This document shows positions 39,206 to 49,479 of a stretch of 64,000 nucleotides of DNA, piece after piece (position 1 is the first letter of the stretch; each line of letters opens with the position of its first letter). Under the pieces are notes generated by a model. That model saw nothing but the letters and a program-made list of their open reading frames with translations. It searched no databases and was not told where the DNA came from. A program made the position numbers and the translations under genes. Location of the stretch: assembly GCA_045810225.1 (NCBI GenBank), contig JBJMWI010000080.1, positions 23 through 64,022 of the forward strand, read 5' to 3'. The stretch comes from Burkholderiales bacterium. GTDB taxonomy: Bacteria > Pseudomonadota > Gammaproteobacteria > Burkholderiales > JACQAP01.

Positions 39206-39581
39206 AGCTGTGAAACAAGCCGCCATCCAGGCGCTGGAAGAAATCAAGGGAAAGGACATTACCGTCCTCGACGTTAGAAAAATGACCTCCCTGTTCGATT
39301 ACATGATTGTGGCGACGGCCGAATCAGCCCGCCAGACAAAGGCGCTGGCAAGAAACGTACAGGAGAAACTCAAGGAGTTGGGCGTACGCGTCCAGGGACT
39401 GGAAGGGGAAAAAACTGGGGAATGGGTTTTGGTGGACCTGGGCGACATAATCGTGCACGTGATGCAGCCCGCGATACGGACGTACTACAACCTGGAGCAG
39501 TTGTGGGGAGGTAGGCCGCCATCGCCCCATTCGACCAATTGGAGAAATGCCCCCGGCGCTGAACCGCCCGCGCCGCTGTAG
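39195..39581 (+). CDS. rsfS: ribosome silencing factor
   Basis: ALEEIKGKDITVLDV, GEWVLVDLGDIIVHVM and YYNLEQLW. Confidence 0.93.
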   Translation: MHVEAVKQAAIQALEEIKGKDITVLDVRKMTSLFDYMIVATAESARQTKALARNVQEKLKELGVRVQGLEGEKTGEWVLVDLGDIIVHVMQPAIRTYYNLEQLWGGRPPSPHSTNWRNAPGAEPPAPL

Positions 39582-39596
39582 TTCTGACCGCAGCCG

Positions 39597-40079
39597 GTGA
39601 AGCTGCATATTGTCGCTGTCGGTCACAAACCGCCAGCCTGGGTTGCGACCGGCTTCGAGGACTATGCACGGCGCATGCCGCGCGAGGCGCGCATCGAACT
39701 TACCGAGATCAAGCCAACCCCGCGCAGCCATCAGGCGGCGTCCCCGGCCTCCGTCTCCCGTATCCTGAAGGCTGAAAAACTACGCCTGGTTGCTGCCATT
39801 CCGCCTGGCTGTGTAAGAATAGCGCTGGACGAACGCGGTAAGCCGCTGACTACGGCGGATCTGTCCCGCAAACTGGCCGCATGGATGGAACAAGGAAAGG
39901 ACGTCGCCTTTGCGATTGGCAGCGCGGATGGGTTGGACCCGGAATTCAAAGCCGGCGCTGACTTCCTGTTGAGCCTATCGTCAATGACCTTGCCGCATGC
40001 CATGGTTCGGGTGTTGCTGATCGAGCAGCTTTATCGCGCCATGTCGATAATTCAGAATCACCCTTATCACCGGGAATAA
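39597..40079 (+). CDS. rlmH: 23S rRNA (pseudouridine1915-N3)-methyltransferase
   Basis: [37 protein letters not shown] and HPYHR. Confidence 0.95.
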   Translation: MKLHIVAVGHKPPAWVATGFEDYARRMPREARIELTEIKPTPRSHQAASPASVSRILKAEKLRLVAAIPPGCVRIALDERGKPLTTADLSRKLAAWMEQGKDVAFAIGSADGLDPEFKAGADFLLSLSSMTLPHAMVRVLLIEQLYRAMSIIQNHPYHRE

Positions 40080-40126
40080 CGAATGGCGCCAATCCGGCGC
40101 GAACCAACCTAAGAAACTGAGCACCC

Positions 40127-40747
40127 GTGCCCTCGCTGGAAAAACATATTTACCTCGCTTCGCGCAGTGCGCGGCGTCGCGATTTGCTCAAGCAGATGGG
40201 TGTAAATTTTGAGATGCTGCTACTGCGGGAGGGCGCCGGCCGTGATGCGGATTTCGATGAAAAGCAGCTCGAAAATGAGTCGCCTCGCGACTATGTCGTC
40301 CGCGTCGCCCGGCTGAAAGCAGAAGCAGGCTGGCTGCGACTGGAACAGCGTCGGCTGATGCGCCATCCTGTACTGGCCGGCGACACCACGGTCGCCCTCA
40401 ACAACACCATCTTGGCCAAACCGAAGGACCGCGAAGATGCGGTGGCCATGCTTAAGAAGCTCTCCGGCACGGAGCACCAGGTGTTTACCGGCATAGCGGT
40501 CAAATTTCACGACGCGCTGCAGGAAGCCCTGTCCGTAACTGAAGTGAGGATGCGCGTTCTGACCGACGACGAGATCAGGCGCTATGTTGCCAGTGGTGAC
40601 GCCATGGACAAGGCGGGTGCGTACGGCATCCAGGGCAAAGCTTCGATGTTCATCGAATCCATCAATGGCAGCTATAGCGGCGTGGTCGGACTGCCGATGT
40701 ACGAAACCTCGCAACTGCTGGCACATTTCGGCTTTCAGTTGCTGTGA
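40127..40747 (+). CDS. maf: Maf family nucleotide pyrophosphatase (YhdE-like)
   Basis: YLASRSARRRDLL, LAGDT, KPKD and DKAGAYGIQG. Confidence 0.93.
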   Translation: MPSLEKHIYLASRSARRRDLLKQMGVNFEMLLLREGAGRDADFDEKQLENESPRDYVVRVARLKAEAGWLRLEQRRLMRHPVLAGDTTVALNNTILAKPKDREDAVAMLKKLSGTEHQVFTGIAVKFHDALQEALSVTEVRMRVLTDDEIRRYVASGDAMDKAGAYGIQGKASMFIESINGSYSGVVGLPMYETSQLLAHFGFQLL

Positions 40748-42198
40748 ACGAAGAAATACTCATCAACGTCACCCCGCAAGAAACCCGGGTTGCGGTGATG
40801 CAGCAGGGTGTCGCCCAGGAATTGCATGTTGAGCGCAGTGCCAGCCGCGGCATCGTCGGCAACATTTATGTCGGAGAAGTAAGCCGCGTATTGCCCGGCA
40901 TGCAATCTGCGTTCATCCAGATCGGTTTGGATCGCGCCGCCTTCCTGCATGTGGCCGACATCTGGTCGCAACGCCAGAACCATGAAGAATCCAAGCCGAT
41001 TGAGCGCATCCTGCACGACGGCCAACGCTTGCTAGTGCAAGTCATCAAGGATCCGATTGGCACCAAAGGCGCGCGGCTGTCGACGCAGATCAGCATTGCC
41101 GGACGCCTGTTGGTTTATTTGCCGCAGGAGTCGCACATCGGCATATCCCAGCGCATTGAGGACGAGAACGAGCGTGCGCTGCTGCGCGAAAAACTGCAGC
41201 ACCTGGTTCCACCGGAAGAACGCGGCGGCTATATCGTGCGGACCATGGCCGAGACCGCCAGCGAAAAGGAACTTGCCGCCGACATCAGTTATCTGCGCAA
41301 GCTTTGGTCGGATATAGAGGAAAAGTCACGCACCATCGCGGCGCCGGCTTTGCTTTACCAGGACCTAAGCCTTTCCCAACGCGTGCTGCGGGATTTCGCC
41401 AACGATGAAAGCGGGCGCGTTCTGGTGGATTCGCGCGAAACCTATCTGCGCATGCAAGCCTTTGCCACTGAGTACACCTTGCCCTTTGCCGATCGCATAC
41501 ATCACTACACCGGCGAGAGGCCTTTGTTCGACCTCTACGGAGTAGAAGAAGAAATAGAACGCGCGCTCGCGCGCCGCGTGCCGCTCAAATCCGGCGGTTA
41601 TCTGATCATCGACCAGACCGAAGCGTTGACCACCATCGATGTGAACACGGGCGGTTTCGTCGGTGGACGGACATTCGATGACACCATTTTCAAAACCAAC
41701 CTTGAGGCGGCGCAAGTCATCGCCCGGCAACTGCGCTTGCGCAACCTCGGTGGCATCATCATTATCGATTTCATCGACATGGACAACGAAGTACACCGCA
41801 ATGCCGTCATTTCGGAATTCAAGAAAGCATTGCTGCCCGACCGCACGCGCATGACGATCAACGGCTTTACGCAACTCGGGTTGGTTGAAATGACCAGAAA
41901 ACGCACTCGCGAAAGTCTTGCACATATCCTCTGCGAACCCTGCCCGACCTGCCAGGCCCGCGGCGAGATCAAGACTGCGCAAACCGTCTGCTATGAAATC
42001 CTGCGCGAGTTGGTGCGCGAATCCCGTCAGTTCGATGCCCGGGAATTCCGTATTCTCGCTTCACAGAAGGTCATTGACATATTTCTCGACGAGGAATCGC
42101 AAAGTCTGGCGTTGCTGGAGGAATTCATCGCCAAGCCGATCTCACTGCAAGTCGAAAGTATTTATACGCAGGAACAGTACGACATCGTACTGATGTAA
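40744..42198 (+). CDS. rng: ribonuclease G
   Basis: GNIYVGEVSRVLPGMQSAF, QVIKDPIGTKGARL, TTIDVNTG, LRLRNLGGIIIIDFIDM and CPTCQARG. Confidence 0.96.
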   Translation: MNEEILINVTPQETRVAVMQQGVAQELHVERSASRGIVGNIYVGEVSRVLPGMQSAFIQIGLDRAAFLHVADIWSQRQNHEESKPIERILHDGQRLLVQVIKDPIGTKGARLSTQISIAGRLLVYLPQESHIGISQRIEDENERALLREKLQHLVPPEERGGYIVRTMAETASEKELAADISYLRKLWSDIEEKSRTIAAPALLYQDLSLSQRVLRDFANDESGRVLVDSRETYLRMQAFATEYTLPFADRIHHYTGERPLFDLYGVEEEIERALARRVPLKSGGYLIIDQTEALTTIDVNTGGFVGGRTFDDTIFKTNLEAAQVIARQLRLRNLGGIIIIDFIDMDNEVHRNAVISEFKKALLPDRTRMTINGFTQLGLVEMTRKRTRESLAHILCEPCPTCQARGEIKTAQTVCYEILRELVRESRQFDAREFRILASQKVIDIFLDEESQSLALLEEFIAKPISLQVESIYTQEQYDIVLM

Positions 42199-42226
42199 GT
42201 CTTCTCGGACCACTCCCAGGCTTGGT

Positions 42227-43666
42227 TTAAGTTTCCCGCACGTGCGATGCGCTGAGTGGTGCGGCCACTTCCTCCAGGGACTTCCGTTCCGCATCCACGG
42301 CATGGCGTGATGCGACTGCTGCAGCGGCAATGACGAGAATGGCACCAATGGCATAGCCGATGAACACACTGTCGCGGCTGCCGGTGGCAATGAGCATGCC
42401 AAAAAAAGCCGGCGCAATGAAGCCGCCGATACCTGTACCGACAGCGTAAAACACCGAAATGGATAATGCCCTCATTTCAAGCGGGAACACCTCGCTCACT
42501 GTCAGGTAAGCCGAGCTGGCAGCAGCGGAGGCCAGGAAAAATACCGCCGACCAGCATACGGTTTGCGTCATGGCATTGAGCCAACCCTGCATGAAGCCAA
42601 ATCCGGTCGCAGCCAATGCCACACCGGAGAGCCCATAGGTCAGCGCGATCATTCTTCGGCGCCCAAAGCGGTCGAATAGCGGGCCCAACAGCAGTGGACC
42701 TAGGAAATTCGCAATCGCGAACGGGAAAATATAACGTCCTACTTGCGACTCCGATACGCCTTGAAAGCGGGTCAAGACCAGCGCGTAGGTGAAAAATATC
42801 GCGTTGTAGAAGAACGCCTGCGACACCATCAACGACAAGCCAAGCAGCGTGCGACTGGGATAGCGGCGCAGCAACAGATGCGCAAACTCGCGCAGCGACG
42901 GCTGTGGCCTGATGGTAATCGACAGCGTTCCCGCGGGCGGTTGCAAAGGGCCATGCTGCCTGGCAACTGCGAGCTCGATGCCGGCAACCTCTCGTTCCGC
43001 ATCGTCGCGGCGGCCACGAATCAGCAGCCAGCGTGGACTTTCGGGCACGTCCCGGCGTACCAGCAGAATCGCTACTGCGAGCAGCGCGCCCAGCCCAAAA
43101 CCGATTCGCCAACCGACGTCGGCATGGAATAGCCGCGTGTCCAGCAGCACGAGGCTCAGTCCTGCGCCCACTGCGGCGCCGACCCAAAAGCTGCCATTGA
43201 TTGCAAGGCTCACCTGTCCGCGCACGCGTGCTGGAACCAGCTCATCTATCGCCGAATTGATTGCCGCGTATTCTCCGCCGATGCCAAATCCGGTAAAGAA
43301 TCGGCACACGAGGAAAGTCGTAAAGTTGTACGAAAACGCGCTCGCCAGAGTGGCCGCAACGTAGACCACGAGCGTAAGCAGGAACAAGCGCTTGCGACCA
43401 GAAGAATCCGCAAGTCGGCCGAAAACTAATGCGCCGATGACGGCACCCCCGACGTAACCCGATCCGGCCCAGCCGATCTGCTGCGCGGACAAGCCTAACG
43501 TATCGGGTCGTTCCAGAACGCTGCCGATCGACCCAACCAAAGTCACTTCGAGCCCGTCCAGCATCCAGGCGATGCCGAGGGCAATTACGACGCGCCAATG
43601 CCATGCCGACCAGGGCAACCGATCAAGCCGGGCGGGAATGTTGCTGCTCAGGCGTTGCTGCACCAC
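42227..43666 (-). CDS. MFS transporter (sugar-porter-like)
   Basis: ARLDRLPWSAWHW, WMLDGLEV, GFGIGGEYAAINSAIDEL, VPESPRW and AYLTVSEVFPLEMR. Confidence 0.9.
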   Translation of the reverse strand: MVQQRLSSNIPARLDRLPWSAWHWRVVIALGIAWMLDGLEVTLVGSIGSVLERPDTLGLSAQQIGWAGSGYVGGAVIGALVFGRLADSSGRKRLFLLTLVVYVAATLASAFSYNFTTFLVCRFFTGFGIGGEYAAINSAIDELVPARVRGQVSLAINGSFWVGAAVGAGLSLVLLDTRLFHADVGWRIGFGLGALLAVAILLVRRDVPESPRWLLIRGRRDDAEREVAGIELAVARQHGPLQPPAGTLSITIRPQPSLREFAHLLLRRYPSRTLLGLSLMVSQAFFYNAIFFTYALVLTRFQGVSESQVGRYIFPFAIANFLGPLLLGPLFDRFGRRRMIALTYGLSGVALAATGFGFMQGWLNAMTQTVCWSAVFFLASAAASSAYLTVSEVFPLEMRALSISVFYAVGTGIGGFIAPAFFGMLIATGSRDSVFIGYAIGAILVIAAAAVASRHAVDAERKSLEEVAAPLSASHVRET

Positions 43667-43793
43667 GTTCGCTCCGAATCCGAAATCCGGCCAGCCGCGG
43701 AATCAGAGCGCACTCCTAGAATTGTCCTCCTGCGTGCAAGGCGCATCTTTCCGAGTCAGTTCGACTCGCTGCCGCCGGATAGGTTTCTGTGTC

Positions 43794-44960
43794 TCAGGTC
43801 GCTCGTGTGCGCAATATCCCCAACGTTACACCTCCTGCAACCAGGCCCCAGAACGCCGAACCGATTCCCAGCAGCGTTACGCCCGATGCTGTCACCAGGA
43901 ACGTAAGGAGCGCGGCTTCGCGTTCGCGTTCGGCAGCCATCGCAACCGATAGGCCATTGCCAATGGTGCCGATGAGCGCAAGACCCGCGATCGCCGCGAC
44001 CAACTCATGGGGAAAGGCCGCAAACACCGCGCTGACCGTAGCGCCAAACAAGCCGATCAGCAGGTAGAAGAAGCCCGCAGACATGGAGGCAACATAGCGG
44101 CGTTGGGGATCTTCATGCGCTTCGCGTCCCATGCAGATTGCAGCGGTGATGGCCGCGAGATTAATTGCAAAGGCACCGAACGGCGCCAACAGAAAGTTAG
44201 CCACTCCAGTCCAGCCAACCACTGGCGATATTGGTATGGCATAACCCGAAGCGCGAATCACCGCGACGCCGGGAACATTTTGCGATGCCATGGTCACGAC
44301 GAACAAGGGCACTGCCACGCCGACCAGTGCACCGAGCGAGAGTGCGGGCATCACCCAGACCGGCCTGGCCAATTCGACACTCACCGATTCCATGTGCAGC
44401 GTGCCCTGCGTAGCGGCAATCGCAATGCCCAGTGCAAACGCCGTGATTACCGCGTAGCGCGGATACGTGCGCCGCATGATCAAGTACGCCATGAACATTG
44501 CAAAAGCCATTATGAATTGCGCTTTCATGACAACAAACAATTCCAGTCCAAAACGCAGCAGCACGCCCGCCAGCATGCCGGAAGCGATGGACACCGGAAT
44601 ACGATTCATGGCGCGTTCGAACCAGCCTGAAAATCCCGCCAGCGCAATCATCAGCGCAGAAACCAAAAACGCGCCGGTCGCTTGCGCCAGCGAAATACCT
44701 GCAGCCGACGTGATGAGCATCGCCGCGCCCGGCGTAGACCAGGCGGTGACAATCGGCATGCGATAACGCAGCGATAGGGCTATGCAAGTGAACCCCATGC
44801 CCAGGCCAAGAGCCCACATCCAGGAAGCAATTTCATGGGTGGCCGCCCCGAGCGCGTGGGCCGCCTGAAACACGATGACGCCTGAGCTGGTAAACCCGAC
44901 CAGCACCGTCACGAAGCCCGCCACGACGGCAGACAGGGATACATCTTTAAGAAATGGCAT
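43794..44960 (-). CDS. benzoate/H+ symporter BenE family transporter
   Basis: YRMPIVTAWSTPGAA, VTMASQNVPG, AINLAAITAAIC and GIGSAFWGL. Confidence 0.92.
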   Translation of the reverse strand: MPFLKDVSLSAVVAGFVTVLVGFTSSGVIVFQAAHALGAATHEIASWMWALGLGMGFTCIALSLRYRMPIVTAWSTPGAAMLITSAAGISLAQATGAFLVSALMIALAGFSGWFERAMNRIPVSIASGMLAGVLLRFGLELFVVMKAQFIMAFAMFMAYLIMRRTYPRYAVITAFALGIAIAATQGTLHMESVSVELARPVWVMPALSLGALVGVAVPLFVVTMASQNVPGVAVIRASGYAIPISPVVGWTGVANFLLAPFGAFAINLAAITAAICMGREAHEDPQRRYVASMSAGFFYLLIGLFGATVSAVFAAFPHELVAAIAGLALIGTIGNGLSVAMAAEREREAALLTFLVTASGVTLLGIGSAFWGLVAGGVTLGILRTRAT

Positions 44961-45071
44961 GTCAGCCGAAATCGCTTTGCGCGTCAGCGCGCATACAAGA
45001 CCGGTACGGCGCATGCGTAGCGCTGAAGGACTCCAGCGACGTTCCCGGCGACTGCCAGTAGCCGGGCAGGC

Positions 45072-47012
45072 TCAAGCTACTTTTGCGATTTTTATCTGCG
45101 CCGGATCGCGTTGCAGGGTATCGCGAATGTGCATGAGCTCTTCCACTTGCTTGCCAAACTGTAGCTTTTGCTGCTCGAGTTGCCGGACGCGCTCCTGCAG
45201 CGTATTGATATCGCCTGCGACCTTGCGCAGGTTTTCAACCCTGCGTTCCAGCAATTTTTGATGCTCCTTCAGCTGGACGGACAGCGGCATCAATGCGGAA
45301 TTGACCCACGCATCGAGTTCCAGGCGCAACTGCGTGAATAATTCGCGCGCGTGTGCGACCAGCCCGCTGTAGAAGCGGCGAACGAGAAAATGTTTCTCGG
45401 TCATCACATTGACCGGGTCCTTGCAGAAGCGCTCGGTATTCTGGTGCAGCGAGTGCATGCGCAGGATATGCCGCTCCAGGTTCAGTGCGGGCGGCGTCAT
45501 TTTTGGGAAGCCGTACATTTTATGGAACTCGCTGTAGATGCCGTCAACGTAGTTGCGCGTTTCCGTAGCGAACTCCAGAATTTTTTCAGCCTGCCGTGAA
45601 AACGTATCGAATAACGCCTGCATGCTGCGCATGAGTCCCGCCGTAGTCCAACTGCCTTCGATCGACGCAAGACTGCGGCTCATCATTTCGTCGAGCCGCT
45701 CATCGGCCAGCGTGCCGACCAGTACATTCCCCTGCTTGAACACCGTGGCGCTGGACCGCTTGAAGCTCTCCATGTGCCGCATGTAGTTTGCCTTGTCTTC
45801 CTCAAGCTTGGCGAGCAGCAATCTCGCAAGATCGCGGTTTTTGCCAGACAGCTTTGACATTTCCTGCAATTCGCTGCGCGTACTGATGAGCTGAGCCGTG
45901 GCGCTCTGCAGGGACGTCTCCAGCATATTGCCAATTTCGCGCGACACGGCAGCCCGCAGTATTTGCTGTTTCGACGGGATGACTTCCTCGGCCAACAGGC
46001 GCTCAAGCACTTCGATCCTGCTTCTTGCCAGCAAAGGCCCATCGCCGCGTATGCGCCCGATCAAACCCTTCTGCGCAGACAGGGCGATGACATGATCGCG
46101 TGGCAATCCCAGTATCCTGGAGGTCTCGATTAGTTGGCGTTCAATTCCGACTTCAATTTGTTCATCAGTTTTCAGATCGTCCCACATCAAATCGATCTTA
46201 TTCAGCACGGCAATGCGCCGCGTCACGTAGTTCTGCACATACTTTTGCCAGACGTCGAGATCGGACTTGGTTACGCCAGTGTCCATGGCGAGCAGGAACA
46301 GGACGGCATGTGCGCTCGGGATCATGGACAGTGTCAACTCCGGTTCTGTGCCGAGCGCGTTCAGACCAGGCGTATCAAGAATGACCAATCCCTTCTTGAG
46401 CAAAGGATGCGGGTAGTTGATCAGCGCGTGGCGCCAGCATGGAATTTCCACTTTGCCGCCTTGCTTAACGACCACCGTGGTCGTCACGAAGTCTGCTTCA
46501 TCGAGCAGTCCGAGCCGGCTGGCCTCTTCCACGGTCACTGACTTGACCTGCGCGAGGCTGCACATCGCTGCCGCCATCTCTTCCTGTGAAGACAGGTTGA
46601 GTTTTATTTTGACCCACTCAACCGGCTTGTGCTTGAGTGCCGCGATGCTTTCGTCGCCCTTGCGGGACTCAATCGGCAGCAGCTTGATGTAGGGTTCTTC
46701 GGCTGCATCGAAAAAAATTTCGGTCGGACACATCGTCGTGCGGCCGACATCCGATGGCAGCAGCCGTTGCTTGAAATCCGAGAAGAACATTGCGTTGATC
46801 AACTCGGTTTTTCCGCGCGAAAATTCGGCGAGGAAAGCGAGGATCATGCGATCGTTGCGCAGGCTTTCGACTAAATCATAGATGCGCAGGCTGCGCTGGA
46901 TGTCGGCGTGACCATGGTCCTCCAGCCAATTCTGGTAGGACTGTATGCAATCGCGCAATTCGTCGCGCCATTGCTGGTATGCCGTGACCTGGTTTTCGAG
47001 ATCGCTGGTCAT
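45072..47012 (-). CDS. bacterial dynamin-like GTPase
   Basis: G1 variant AEFSRGKT, G2 region GRTTMCPTE, G3 ILDTPG and G4 NKID, followed by long helical/coiled-coil regions; 646 aa. Confidence 0.85.
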   Translation of the reverse strand: MTSDLENQVTAYQQWRDELRDCIQSYQNWLEDHGHADIQRSLRIYDLVESLRNDRMILAFLAEFSRGKTELINAMFFSDFKQRLLPSDVGRTTMCPTEIFFDAAEEPYIKLLPIESRKGDESIAALKHKPVEWVKIKLNLSSQEEMAAAMCSLAQVKSVTVEEASRLGLLDEADFVTTTVVVKQGGKVEIPCWRHALINYPHPLLKKGLVILDTPGLNALGTEPELTLSMIPSAHAVLFLLAMDTGVTKSDLDVWQKYVQNYVTRRIAVLNKIDLMWDDLKTDEQIEVGIERQLIETSRILGLPRDHVIALSAQKGLIGRIRGDGPLLARSRIEVLERLLAEEVIPSKQQILRAAVSREIGNMLETSLQSATAQLISTRSELQEMSKLSGKNRDLARLLLAKLEEDKANYMRHMESFKRSSATVFKQGNVLVGTLADERLDEMMSRSLASIEGSWTTAGLMRSMQALFDTFSRQAEKILEFATETRNYVDGIYSEFHKMYGFPKMTPPALNLERHILRMHSLHQNTERFCKDPVNVMTEKHFLVRRFYSGLVAHARELFTQLRLELDAWVNSALMPLSVQLKEHQKLLERRVENLRKVAGDINTLQERVRQLEQQKLQFGKQVEELMHIRDTLQRDPAQIKIAKVA

Positions 47013-47329
47013 GAGTGCAGAAGCTGTTTCACCCGCGCCATGAGGATTTCGCCCTGGCCGTAGATATCGACGATCTTGGTGCGCCCGTGACTGCCACAGC
47101 GAATCATAACCCGGCCGCCCGGCAGATCAAACTCGTCCGCGAGGAATCGAAGCAGACACTCGTTTGCTTTGCCGTCTACAGCCGGGGCATTAAGCCGCAC
47201 CTTAAGCTGCCCCGCATGGAGACCTCCGAATTCGGATCGCTTGGCATTGGGCTGCACATGCAGATTCAGTGTCAGCAGCCCGCGCTCCGGATAGTAGCGA
47301 TACCAGGAACTGGTCACTGGCAGCGTCAA
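47009..47329 (-). CDS. yggU: DUF167 (YggU) family protein
   Basis: LHVQPNAKRS and LKVRLNAPAVDGKANECL; TTG start overlaps the yggT stop. Confidence 0.88.
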   Translation of the reverse strand: MTLPVTSSWYRYYPERGLLTLNLHVQPNAKRSEFGGLHAGQLKVRLNAPAVDGKANECLLRFLADEFDLPGGRVMIRCGSHGRTKIVDIYGQGEILMARVKQLLHS

Positions 47330-47898
47330 AGCATGCGGGTGATGGCCTGTTCCAACGCGGTCACCGGCCACATCAGTAAAATCTGGCAAATCACCAGCAC
47401 AAACAGCGGCGAAAGATCCACGCCCCCGATGGGCGCTACGCGGCGTTGGAACACCGAGAGAAACGGCCGAGTCAGGCTGGCAAGAACCGCGGTCGCCGGT
47501 CCGCGTGGGGCGACGAAAGACAAAATCGCTTGCGCGAACACCGCGACCATGAGTATGTAGAGGAAGAGCTTCAGCAGATTCAGGGTTGACAGTAGCATAA
47601 GTCCGACCACGGCCGACCCTACGCCTGGCCCGAGCTGGTAGCCTTTTAGGGCAAGCACACTGCTGACCAGAACCAATTCCGTCACCCAGGCCAGCAATAG
47701 CGTGGAAAGGTCATATCCCCACAAGCCGGGGATGACGCGGCGGGTCGGGCGTACCATGAAATCCGTCAACGCTGTGAGGAACTGCGACAGTGGGTTGCGA
47801 GCGGGCGCTCGTACCGCCTGCAGATAAAAACGCATCAGCAGCGCCAACGAAAACAGGCCAAGAAAAGTTTCGAGCAGGAATATCAGCACCTGATTCAT
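47326..47898 (-). CDS. yggT: YggT family membrane protein
   Basis: NPLSQF...LTDFMVRPTRRVIP, repeated motif LTRPFL...PIGGVDLSP. Confidence 0.92.
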   Translation of the reverse strand: MNQVLIFLLETFLGLFSLALLMRFYLQAVRAPARNPLSQFLTALTDFMVRPTRRVIPGLWGYDLSTLLLAWVTELVLVSSVLALKGYQLGPGVGSAVVGLMLLSTLNLLKLFLYILMVAVFAQAILSFVAPRGPATAVLASLTRPFLSVFQRRVAPIGGVDLSPLFVLVICQILLMWPVTALEQAITRML

Positions 47899-47931
47899 GT
47901 TTATCGCGGCCCTATTGATCCGTCTGCGTTT

Positions 47932-48741
47932 TCACATTTTGCCAAACTGGTCGCCAAGCTCGCTTGCTCTTCTGGCTGCGGCATGCACGGCTTCCACGAT
48001 CCTGCTTTTAATCTGATGCGCTTCCATGGAAAGCAATGCTGCTTCCGTGGTCCCTGCCTTTGATGTTACGCGCGCGCGCAGAACGGCCGCCGGGTCGTCA
48101 CTGCCGGCCACAAGCGCGCCAGCTCCAACAAAGGTCTGAACGGCCAACTCGCGCGCCTGCCTGTCATCAAGGCCCAGTTCCAGCGCCGCCTGTTCGAGTG
48201 CTTCAATGAAGTAAAAAACATAGGCCGGTCCGCTACCGGATACTGCCGTCACTGCATCTATATCGGGCTCATTAGCCACCCAAACTACGCCACCCACGGC
48301 GCCAAGAATCTTCTGCGCGCAATCCCTGTCCTCCTGGCCAATTGCGGCCGAAGCGAATAGCCCGGACACGCCAGATCCGATCAGTGCAGGCGTATTGGGC
48401 ATGGCACGCACGATGCGATCGTGCCCACCGAGCCAGCGTGCAAGGTCATGAGTCCGGATTCCGGCTGCGATGCTGATGACCAACTGTCCGCGCAAGTAGC
48501 TTCGCAATGCCAGCGCCATCTCGTGCATATGCTGCGGTTTGACCGCCAGCAGAACCACGTCCTCCGCGATTTCATTGGTGAGTTCTGCGTTCGCGCGTAC
48601 GCCAAATCGCTGCGCAAGCTGCTCGCGCGCGGACTGCATGACATCCACGGCGCGAAGGTCGCCGGGGTGGAAGCCCCGCTGTAACATCCCGCCGATCAGA
48701 GCGGACGCCATGTTGCCGCCGCCTATGAAAAGTATGCGCAT
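47932..48741 (-). CDS. proC: pyrroline-5-carboxylate reductase
   Basis: FIGGGNMA, LAVKPQ, VRAMPNTPALIG, AVSGSGPAY and VTSKAGTT. Confidence 0.96.
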   Translation of the reverse strand: MRILFIGGGNMASALIGGMLQRGFHPGDLRAVDVMQSAREQLAQRFGVRANAELTNEIAEDVVLLAVKPQHMHEMALALRSYLRGQLVISIAAGIRTHDLARWLGGHDRIVRAMPNTPALIGSGVSGLFASAAIGQEDRDCAQKILGAVGGVVWVANEPDIDAVTAVSGSGPAYVFYFIEALEQAALELGLDDRQARELAVQTFVGAGALVAGSDDPAAVLRARVTSKAGTTEAALLSMEAHQIKSRIVEAVHAAARRASELGDQFGKM

Positions 48742-48774
48742 CGCTTTAAAGGCGCCGTTGTGCCAAGCGTGACG

Positions 48775-48800
48775 CGCGGCGCGGAAACACCCGCGCCGCG
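48775..48800. other. perfect 10-bp GC-rich hairpin between the SRPBCC gene and proC
   Basis: CGCGGCGCGG-AAACAC-CCGCGCCGCG. No U-tract follows on the transcribed (minus) strand; a T-run follows on the plus strand. Confidence 0.7.
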
Positions 48801-48809
48801 ATCACTTTT

Positions 48810-49346
48810 TTACTTCGTTTCCGCCATCTTCTTGACGTTCTGCAGGCCCGCTTGATATGCGCCGCTAATGGCCTTTTTGACGCTTGCATCGTCCTGTCCA
48901 GCCGGCGGATTGTCGGCCACCTTGCGCTTGAATTTGCCTTTCCAGACCATGGTCGACGTGCCTTTGGTTTTGCCGGACTTGACTTGAATAGTGGAAGAAT
49001 AATCCGCTACGGGCAGCGGCGAATCGGTGATGATCCGGTAACTGTACTTTTTCTGCTTGTCACTGAATCCGTCCAGTTCTTCGTTGAACGTCGCTCCGCC
49101 ATTAGCCATGGTTAACGTACGCACCGCGCCGACCTTATTATTCGTACCGGATTTGATTTCGGTGTTAGAGAAAGCCGGATGCCATTTGTGCAGGCCGTTC
49201 CAGTCCTTGACCAGGCTCCAGACTTTTGCAACAGGCGCGTTGATTTCAACGCTTTCGGTTACGTGCAAATATCCCGGCTTTGCCGCCGATGCGATGCCCG
49301 ACAACCCCAACAGCAGCCCTGCCGCGACCATATTGCTTATGTTCAT
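48810..49346 (-). CDS. exported SRPBCC/polyketide-cyclase family protein (MxaD-like)
   Basis: Signal peptide ending ASA, VEINAPVAKVWSLVKDWNGLHKWHP, GAVRTLT, YSYRI and PVADYSSTIQV. Confidence 0.82.
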   Translation of the reverse strand: MNISNMVAAGLLLGLSGIASAAKPGYLHVTESVEINAPVAKVWSLVKDWNGLHKWHPAFSNTEIKSGTNNKVGAVRTLTMANGGATFNEELDGFSDKQKKYSYRIITDSPLPVADYSSTIQVKSGKTKGTSTMVWKGKFKRKVADNPPAGQDDASVKKAISGAYQAGLQNVKKMAETK

Positions 49347-49479
49347 TCCTTTTCTCCCTTGTTCATGTCAGTAAACTTTGATACCGGTCGGCGAACCGGC
49401 ACGATTGTTCGGCCGGAAATCGCTGTCGCGTCCGGCGGGCCAGTATAGGTGGGCCGCGCCATCGCGGGCAAATAAGCGA

